Origin: Flectonema sp. DT1601
Taxonomy: Eukaryota
Length of the DNA: 64,000 nt
Assembly (NCBI GenBank): GCA_964019425.1
Contig: OZ025803.1
Location: forward strand, 806,001-870,000
Reading direction: 5' to 3'
Part shown: positions 56,201-64,000 of the stretch, in pieces
Position numbering within the stretch: the first letter of the stretch is position 1
Layout of the letters: every line of letters begins with the position of its first letter
Program-made: the position numbers and the translations under genes
Notes under the pieces: model-generated
The model's database searches: none
What the model saw: the letters and a program-made list of their open reading frames with translations, nothing else
What the model was told of the DNA's origin: nothing

Positions 56201-58271
56201 ATTTTGACTGTAGCTTCAGTTGCAACAATTTCACCACCGATTGCTGCTGCTGCAGCGGCCACAGATAACTGACAGTCAGGAGAGTGGTAGTGTTGTCTTT
56301 TAGTAAAAGCATCAACTCTAATTGCTAATTGTGAACCTTTCATTGTGCTGTGAATACCAATTGATAGTCGAGGTCCTCTTAAGATTACTGTACCACCTGA
56401 TTGTGTTTTAGACTAATATAATCCTTCTCTTCTTATAAAGGAAATTCAACAGCAACATGTCACACACCTAAAGTAATACAAGCAGCTGCTGGAAATGATA
56501 ACAAGGCACTACTCCATTCACAGTACGCTATCGTTTGTTGTAATTTTAAAGAGAATTCAATAGCTGCTGTCGGATCGTGATACACGATGGTCATCACGTA
56601 ATCAGGTCCGATCCGAGATTCGTATCCGACAGTTTCTTTTAAAAGACGTCGGACTTCATTTTTAACTTTTTTCAAAGCAGCGTGTGCCTCTACTTTATCC
56701 CACACTACAATAGACTGATATCTGTGTTGCGTTGCGTTGCGTTGCGTTGCGTTGCGTTGCGTTGCGTTGCGTTGCGTTGCGTTGCGTTGCGTTGCGTTGC
56801 GTTGCGTTGCGTTGCGTTGCGTTGCGTTGCGTTGCGTTATATTTATTATTATTTCTTAAGAACAATGTTTTTTCTTTTGTTTCGAAAAAAACAAACCTTT
56901 CAATCATAACTGTGACAATAGTAACATTACCATTAGGTGGCCATGACGTTGAGTTGTTAATCTCTGGAGGGGTCCATGTTGTCGGCATGCCAACAGGGTC
57001 TTCTAGAGAAACTCGTTTTCGTATCAAACAATTCGATTTTTTATCGTTCTCAGATAATAACATTATTCGATAACAGGAGTCAACCATCTTTGAATCGAAA
57101 CGACATTCCAGATGAATGAGTCCAATTCTCCTTTTAATGTCATCCAGTTCTCGTATAGTCAGATCAGCAGGACAACCTGTTGTGCGATGTTTGTATAAAT
57201 ACGAAATAAAGAAATATAGCAAAAGCAAGTCGACGTAAAGAAACACACACCAGTAATGATTTCATTTGTTTCTCCAGTTGTCGCAAACTTGACTGCCTGA
57301 CTACAAGGCTCTCCATAGAATAAATCACTACCAGTAAGAGGACAAGATTCTCTAATAGGATTTCCTTGTTGAATACCAATAGTTGGTTTAATAGCTGTAG
57401 GAATCTGTTGAAGGTTAACTGTTGATTGAAGTGCCCACCAAAAAGCCTTCTCAGGAATCTTTGATAATGTCGCCTCTGGGAATGCCCAAGCGAATCGAGA
57501 TACTTGACAACCTCCGTACTCCTCGGCATTGACTTGGAGTCGTATTGAAATAGTTTGGAGTTCATTAGAACAAACAGTTACTTGATCAGGAGTTGATAAT
57601 GAGACGTAAGCAATTGATATATGGACTGCAGGTTGTACTGGTGACTTAGGTATCGCATATCCACAACTTGCTCTGTAGTCCTGAAGTACAAACACAGATG
57701 ACACGTCAGCATCTAATCGATCTTTAAGTCCTTTGATAACTGCTTGTTGATTTGTAAGTCGTTGTCGGAGTGTGTCAACTTCTTTTCGTAAATTTCGAAC
57801 TTCTGGTGTTGCGACAGACCCAGCAAGCTGTTCTTTTAGAAGAGCTACTTCCTGTTTAAGATTAGAAATAGTGCTGCCGATATTATCTCCGAAAAGTTTT
57901 TGTCGATCTGTAGGTGGAGCTGACCCGAGTCGTTCCCAGTCTCTACGAACTGCATCTGCTGTTTGCATCATCTCTGCTCTGGTTGCTGGAGGAGCCTTGT
58001 CTCTCTTCTTTCGTTTTTTTTTCTTCCCTGAGGTAGTTGTCGTCGTCGTTGATATTTGGTTCTCAACTACCTTTTTATCATCACCACTGCCAGAGCTTTC
58101 TATTTTATCTGATGCACACCCCCCACCCTGCAATGTGCTCATTATTTTTCCGTAGTTTGAATTCACTTTCTGACTGCTTCCTACTTTGTTTCGGTGACCG
58201 TCAAATCTCTGTTTTAAATACTCAATTTGCTGGTCAGGACTGACCATAAGAATATCATCGTCATCTGCCAT
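53299..58271 (-). CDS. Large protein with several degenerate class III adenylate cyclase-like domains; introns 57177-57250, 56722-56896, 56397-56467, 55506-55574
   Basis: Repeated cyclase-like motifs (GYE/GYV..., A..WA...Q..L...WP, RGLRVAIGIH, RGPRLSIGIH, FRGIRLCIG, GPVVNIAS...GGEIL). The proposed splices keep one frame; the 56397-56467 junction has an alternative (56413-56465). Confidence 0.75.
56726..56838. repeat. (GTTGC)22 pentanucleotide microsatellite inside an intron
   Basis: Perfect tandem repeat, counted directly. Confidence 0.97.
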
Positions 58272-58416
58272 GTGAACTTGATGAAATAATTTTTATAAGT
58301 AGACACCACAAGTGAACAGAATTTTTTTTTTTTTTTTTTTTTTTTTCGTATTTTAGTCAAAAAGAGAAACAACAAGTAATATCGCTCACTTAACTGAAAA
58401 AAAACATTTTGCATTC

Positions 58417-58450
<34 letters not shown>

Positions 58451-58984
58451 CAATGTATAAGGGGAAGTAAACTTGATTTGAGCAATTTAAAGTCGGAATG
58501 TAAAAAAATAGGCCGTTTTTAAATAAGTGGAAATTTTGATAAAAAGATAATCGTGTACTGATACAGCAAAACTAAAAGAGGCAAAAAAGTTAACTTCATC
58601 TTGCTATAGTTGGTGCTTGGTGTATTTATCAACCAGCTTAACTATAATAATATGATGAGTTGGCTATGTCACCCGATTTGCAAAGATGAGAATACACATT
58701 TTTTTTAGAAAAATAAATCGGAACAGAAAAAAAAAGAAAGCAAAAAAAAAAAGGGGCTTAATAACAAAACAACAACAAAAACTAATCAAGAACGTATTCT
58801 CGCTTCCAAGAGGAAATTCGGAGTAAAGTTAAACATTTGTCTCACGGATGAATATAATATAAAAAAGATTTTATTTTATTTTCTTTATTTAGTAGATGAT
58901 AAAACCAAAGTAAGTCTGGACCGGTTTTGATTCGAGTGTTTGCTTTTAGTTTAAACGGGGTCTTATTCCTATTAAATAAAAAAA

Positions 58985-61042
58985 CTATGCCTCATCTGGT
59001 CCCTTCGGTGATAATTTGAAGAAATGTCTATACCCAAAGTAACCAACGATTATAATGATGAATATCAAACTGGTGTATAGTACAGAAGCCCTTGTTGGAT
59101 CGAATGAACTGTTTCTTCTAATTTTTGGCTTTTCATCAACGATTGGTGGTATTCGAATTGTGCGTTTCGGCATCGCTGACAAGGCTGAACACTGCTGTGA
59201 CTGAATACCAGCTTCTATAGAACATTCACCTCGACCAAGTATCGCACATGGATCTGAACCATCATGACTGTAGGATAACCATTTCGGATTACTTAGAGTT
59301 TCTGGACAAAAGTCATTATGACTTGGATCACCAGTGTGAATAAAACTATTCCAATAACATCCAATTACTTTACTTAACTTTCTATCAACTTTTGTTTTTA
59401 ATTCCTTCTCATAGCCGAACACAAACGGTACTTCTGCTCCATGAAAAGCACCCTTCACATTCCCTGTGATATTATAATTCAGACTGTAATCAGGAGATTT
59501 CATAAAGTAGTATTGGTAGGCTCGATTCCCAATTTCAGCAGACTTTAAAAGAGCTCCCTTTAAGGGGCAGAGAATAGCTTGATCGCCTGCTGTGCGCATT
59601 GCTGCAGCCCTCCATTGTCCTTGAACCACAGCACCTGTAGTTTCATCACGACAAGGGGGGATTGGAAGCGTGAGCTTTCCATACAGTTTTGAGATAGCTG
59701 GGGATTCAGCTCCGTAAACATCAGAAACCCAATTTTTAAAGAAATCATAAGAAGAATTACACGGGATATCAGGCAACAAACCCATCATAATGGAAGCTTC
59801 GTCCAAGTTCGAACCCATTAGAACGTCAGTGTTGGGCGCTATTTCACCGGCTGCAAATAACTCAAGGATAGATTTCTTCAATTCCGGGTGACCAGGACTA
59901 GTAGACACAACTGGAGCAAACCCATCAGTAATAAAGGAATCAGGAAATGGTAAATACTGTTGCATCGCTATAGTGATGCTTAAAGCAGGTGCTTTTTTTA
60001 AGCACCGCTGTAGTTGTCTTCCTACTATCCATTTCAAGTGAACTGTATCAGATAGATGTCCTTTTATACTAAAGGCACCAGCTGCAATATTTGGTTTTCG
60101 GATGAGAGAAAACTTCCCATCACGTTCAATTATTCCCGGACAGTCGTCTGATTCAGAACACGCTCGTTTAGCTGACTTAAAGTTCGGTTTAATATCACCC
60201 ACTCGGAATGTAATGTCGACTAGTTCCCTGAAATGGATACTTTTGTAGAATGATTTGCGAGTTGGACAAATCTTCGGGTGTTTCAGTGAGAGTGATGTTG
60301 CGACAAACTCCGTGTTCAGCTTCGCATGAACGTCGGATTTGACCTGCGTGAGACCCGGGGACTCTCCAATCGCCCTGGAAAATAAATTCCAAGATTTCTT
60401 ATTAACTAAATGGAAACCAACAGATGTACCTCCAGATGACTCTCCCATTATTGTTACTTTAGATGGGTCTCCGTTAAAGTATGTAATGTGTTGCTGAACC
60501 CATCGGAGGGCTTCTCGTTGATCTTGCATACCCATGTTACCGTTTCCTACTTTCTTGCCATATGAAAAACCAAATAATCCAAGTCTGTAGTTGGGTGTTA
60601 CCAACACCACAGATTTTGAAAAATATGGGAAGTTCGATTCCTCATCATTGCTCGATCCGTACATGAATTCCCCGGCATGCATGTATACGAGTACAGGAAA
60701 CTTTTTCACGCTGCCTTTTTTTATCAAGGGTGTGTATATCGAAAGGAAGTGACAGTCCTCACTCGAGTTTGGTATTTGAATTGTTTCCCATCCTTTGCCC
60801 ACATTCGTACCTTTCGATCCAGGTTGCCAACAACTTGCACCTCTGACGGTTGCATTAATCTGACCTTTGGGTTGCTTTAGATGAGGCTCCTGAAATCGAG
60901 CAGCTGTTGCGTATTGAATTCCATGAAATACACCTCTCTCTTCTCTGACGTATCCATGCAGAACAGCATTTGGTAGAACAGCATTTCCATCGCTAACGAT
61001 TCCTCTGCAAAGTATGGAAGCGATGATTGAGAGGGCAATCAT
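58985..61042 (-). CDS. Type-B carboxylesterase/cholinesterase-family protein, with signal peptide and C-terminal TM anchor
   Basis: FHGIQYA, SEDCHFLSIY, NYRLGLFGF, DQREALRWV, GESSG, GAFHGAEV. Confidence 0.94.
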   Translation of the reverse strand: MIALSIIASILCRGIVSDGNAVLPNAVLHGYVREERGVFHGIQYATAARFQEPHLKQPKGQINATVRGASCWQPGSKGTNVGKGWETIQIPNSSEDCHFLSIYTPLIKKGSVKKFPVLVYMHAGEFMYGSSNDEESNFPYFSKSVVLVTPNYRLGLFGFSYGKKVGNGNMGMQDQREALRWVQQHITYFNGDPSKVTIMGESSGGTSVGFHLVNKKSWNLFSRAIGESPGLTQVKSDVHAKLNTEFVATSLSLKHPKICPTRKSFYKSIHFRELVDITFRVGDIKPNFKSAKRACSESDDCPGIIERDGKFSLIRKPNIAAGAFSIKGHLSDTVHLKWIVGRQLQRCLKKAPALSITIAMQQYLPFPDSFITDGFAPVVSTSPGHPELKKSILELFAAGEIAPNTDVLMGSNLDEASIMMGLLPDIPCNSSYDFFKNWVSDVYGAESPAISKLYGKLTLPIPPCRDETTGAVVQGQWRAAAMRTAGDQAILCPLKGALLKSAEIGNRAYQYYFMKSPDYSLNYNITGNVKGAFHGAEVPFVFGYEKELKTKVDRKLSKVIGCYWNSFIHTGDPSHNDFCPETLSNPKWLSYSHDGSDPCAILGRGECSIEAGIQSQQCSALSAMPKRTIRIPPIVDEKPKIRRNSSFDPTRASVLYTSLIFIIIIVGYFGYRHFFKLSPKGPDEA

Positions 61043-61699
61043 CGTTTGTTCTGTTTGGGGGTTTTAAATAATTAAATTTACAAGTCTATCAAAAAAATAA
61101 AAACCAAAACATTTCATATCCTACAAGACAATACCCATCCACACATGAACATGGGCTGTGCTGTTCTAAATTTATATAATCAAAATCCAATCAAACACAA
61201 AAAAAAACACAGATTTCACAAACAAGAAGCCGTCACTATAAATGGAAACGGAAACGGAACACAATAGTTGTGCGGCTTTTTTTCCCGTTGTGTTTTTCGT
61301 TAAGTTATTTCTTGGTAGTCTAGTATATATTGTACAGGAGTATCTGAAGCTGGTGTTGATATTTTATTATCTCTTCTCGTTAAATGGGAGGCGGAGGTAA
61401 ATAATGTATACAACAGGTTCACTGGTTTTTTTTTTTTTTCTTTTTTCTTTTTTCGTGTTTTCCTTTTTTTGTTTGTTCTCATCGTTTACGCTGCAAAGAG
61501 TACAGCTTTTCGGGGTAATTGTCCTGTCCCCGCTTGCTGTGTTCATGCATTCCCTTTCGGTAAAAATCCGTACAGAAATATAATGGCTTTGAGGCGAGCA
61601 ATTACACCTTAACACTTTGTTTGGTTGTTGTTGGTATTCCAACAATATATATTTCGCAATCTACAGATCATCTTGCACGCTCCTCACGATATGCTCTGA

Positions 61700-62632
61700 T
61701 TAGAAGATTTCTTCTTCATCTTCATCTTCGTCGTATTCTTCTTCTAACTCGTGGATCTCTTCGAGAACTAATTCATTGTCGTAGTACTCGTCTTCTTCTT
61801 CTTCCTCTTCGTCATCATCTGCTTCATCAGAAGTAGTTCGATTAATTTCCTCTCTTTCAGTGTGAGATCCATTACATCGCGTAGTTGACTTGGGTGATTC
61901 CTTTGAACGGTGAAGAGTCCCAGCGTTCGCTTTTCTAATATAATCTTTGCGACGCTTAAGATGTTCCTGCGCTCTCTGTAGCTCCTCATCAAAAACAACA
62001 TTTTGTTTACACTGCAACTCATGTACATGAAATTCAGAGTGAGTACATCCTTCTTTGATACGAGCAGTAAACTTTCGATTACATTTCTTACAAGTGATAT
62101 GAGCTTTCTTTGAAGAAGTTAACGCAGCCATGTTGTAAGCAGTCAGATCGTCATCCATTGTAATGGAAGGTGGGCGGGGTAGATATTTATCAGGAGGTAG
62201 AAATGATCTTTTCAACGATCGAATCATTGAAGCCTTACAACTGTATACGTGGTCATCGTAGTACCCAGCTACTGACATACCACACACATAGCAAAATGGA
62301 TGAAGTGGAAAGGTGTGCATCTTCCAGGCTGCTGATAACAAAGTCATTGCCTGGTATTGGGCTCCAGTGGGACTTGGATCCTCTCGTTTCTTTTTCTTCG
62401 GACTTCCTACATACCGAAATTCCTCTCCCTCAGTTGGTGTCTTATCTTTAGCTTGTCGATGCTGTCCCATGTGTAGTTTTAGAAATCGCATTGTTCTGAA
62501 TGTCTGTCTACATCCTTTATATAAACACTGTACTCTTCTCTCTTTACCATCATCAAAGCTGGCAACACTGCGGGGCTCATCGCATCCCTCAACGGCTTGC
62601 CCCTTTACTAATCCCATCCAATAAAGTGGCAT
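61700..62632 (-). CDS. Zinc-finger protein with acidic tail
   Basis: C2H2 CLYKGC...HMGQH; further CxxC...H...C motifs; D/E-rich C-terminus. Confidence 0.65.
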   Translation of the reverse strand: MPLYWMGLVKGQAVEGCDEPRSVASFDDGKERRVQCLYKGCRQTFRTMRFLKLHMGQHRQAKDKTPTEGEEFRYVGSPKKKKREDPSPTGAQYQAMTLLSAAWKMHTFPLHPFCYVCGMSVAGYYDDHVYSCKASMIRSLKRSFLPPDKYLPRPPSITMDDDLTAYNMAALTSSKKAHITCKKCNRKFTARIKEGCTHSEFHVHELQCKQNVVFDEELQRAQEHLKRRKDYIRKANAGTLHRSKESPKSTTRCNGSHTEREEINRTTSDEADDDEEEEEEDEYYDNELVLEEIHELEEEYDEDEDEEEIF

Positions 62633-63320
62633 CTTGAAGTGTCATCTGCTGTATAAAAAATGTTAAGAAGTGTCAGAACTGTAATTTGCATTCAATTATT
62701 TGCTTTTTGTCTGCATACCCTCTGCGAAAAGAAATATTATAACGCGTGTCAATACTCCGTTTTATGGAAATTCTGATACAAATTCCAGATGCTGAAAACC
62801 ACTAGGGGGGATGGAGGGGATTGTGAAGAATAAATAAAAAGAAAGCCCAAGAAAAAAAAGAAAAAAAAAAAAAAGAATGAAAAATAATAATATCATACCC
62901 TTCCCCCAATGAGGACCATGTAAGAAATATAACAAAAAAAATAGATAAAAGAAAAAAAGGTCCCGAAAAAAAGGCCTCAACACTACTAAAAACCAAAAGA
63001 AAACTCTTTTTTTTTTTTTTTTTTTTTTTTTTGCGTCTCTTTTCGGACAGTACATGACGGAAAAAATATAATAATAAATTTCGGATTTTTTTTCCTTTCT
63101 ATTTTTTTTTTTTTCCCCCAAGAACTTTGGAACAAGAAGTTCTGACCACCTAAATTGCAGACCAACGGCACAAACTTTGCGCAGCTACCTAGACAACAAG
63201 AGTGAGCTTTTATCTCTTGTAGCCTCTAGGAAGGGGTAAGCAATGTACCCTAGATAGTCTGTAGTACGTATCAAAGACAACAATAAAAAGAATAAAGTAG
63301 TTTAGAAACAGAAAGGAGAT

Positions 63321-63986
63321 TTACCAAGGTGTCTTCTCACCGCTCATGAATCCCCACTTTTCTTCGGCTTCATCGGAAACCATCTTAACGTATCCAGTGA
63401 GGTAGCCAACATCATCAGATGGGTGAACCCAGTACTTCTCAGGTAAATGTCCATATCCACCTGAGCATTCAAGCAAGTGAGATGTTGAGATTCTGTTTGC
63501 TCTCCAAACCAACTGGTCGTTTGGTAATCTTCTGACAGCAGTTCTAACGGCCCAGAACCACTCACTCCATGAGTCATCAGAGAGAAGACCACTCTGTTCA
63601 GCAGTGGTACCTGCTCTCAAAGTCAAGGACTCTAACTTTCTAAGCTCTCCCTTCGTGCTCTTAGCTTCTGGAGCTTGTTCCTGTTTAAAGTATGACTCCC
63701 ACGCGTGCTCCATGTAGTATGGATGAGCTGGATCATACACAGGAAGCGCCAACAAGTTTGCAAGATCAACCTTGTTTTGCTTCACAGCCTGCATGTTACG
63801 AGACATAGCCTCAACACGTTGGGCTGCTGCGGCAACATGAAGACCCTTGAACGCCTGTATTATTTTATTTTTTTATTTTTTGTACAAAACGAAAAACAAC
63901 CACCCTAATGAGTCAGACAAACAAACCTTTGGAGTTGCAATATGCATCACTAAATACGACAGACCACCGTAGAGTGGAGACGACAT
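63321..63986 (-). CDS. QCR7: Cytochrome bc1 complex subunit 7 (14 kDa)-like, N-terminally extended; intron 63855-63926
   Basis: GLLSDD...AVRRLP...R..RI...LP...W...D..YL..Y...V..E..E pattern of QCR7/UQCRB. A 20-codon first exon from ATG 63986 splices in frame (PK|AFKG). Confidence 0.75.
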
Positions 63987-64000
63987 CTTTTATGAAGTAG

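Noticed and set aside
56682..57073. ORFs with (CVALR)n or (NATQR)n repeats; possible CRISPR-like array
   Set aside because: Translations of an intronic pentanucleotide microsatellite; no spacers.

Overview
Eukaryotic protist DNA, inferred to be euglenozoan and probably diplonemid-like. The basis for this is that every protein-coding gene lies on the minus strand, there are short GT-AG introns with A-rich 3' ends, degenerate class III cyclases are present, and there are Ingi-like retroposons. Host genes: two cyclase-like proteins, a TmpA-like flavoprotein, a CLC channel, a papain-family protease, an RRM+DUF2431 protein, phosphoserine phosphatase, a large membrane protein, CK1, PP2C, a canopy-like protein, a SAM-BTB protein, a carboxylesterase, a zinc-finger protein and QCR7. 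The main feature is a ~20.6 kb stack (17658-38225) of co-oriented non-LTR retrotransposons (APE-RT-RNase H) from at least three families, ending 43 bp upstream of a divergently oriented tRNA-Glu(CTC). The full-length element next to the tRNA (30857-38225) combines three RNA-level devices: (1) a compact HDV-like ribozyme fold at its 5' end that contains the ORF1 AUG; (2) a glutamine-rich ORF1 separated from the in-frame ORF2, which has no AUG ahead of its endonuclease domain, by a single UGA-CGG with a downstream hairpin, implying stop-codon readthrough; (3) a 2A-like StopGo peptide (DVERNPG/P) 27 codons after that stop. Also seen: a 47-bp-TIR element carrying 28S rRNA fragments, a host MFS fragment inside a rearranged retroelement, large insertions in the RT domains, and structured 3' UTRs. 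All calls are by-eye motif recognition and manual folding; no searches were run.
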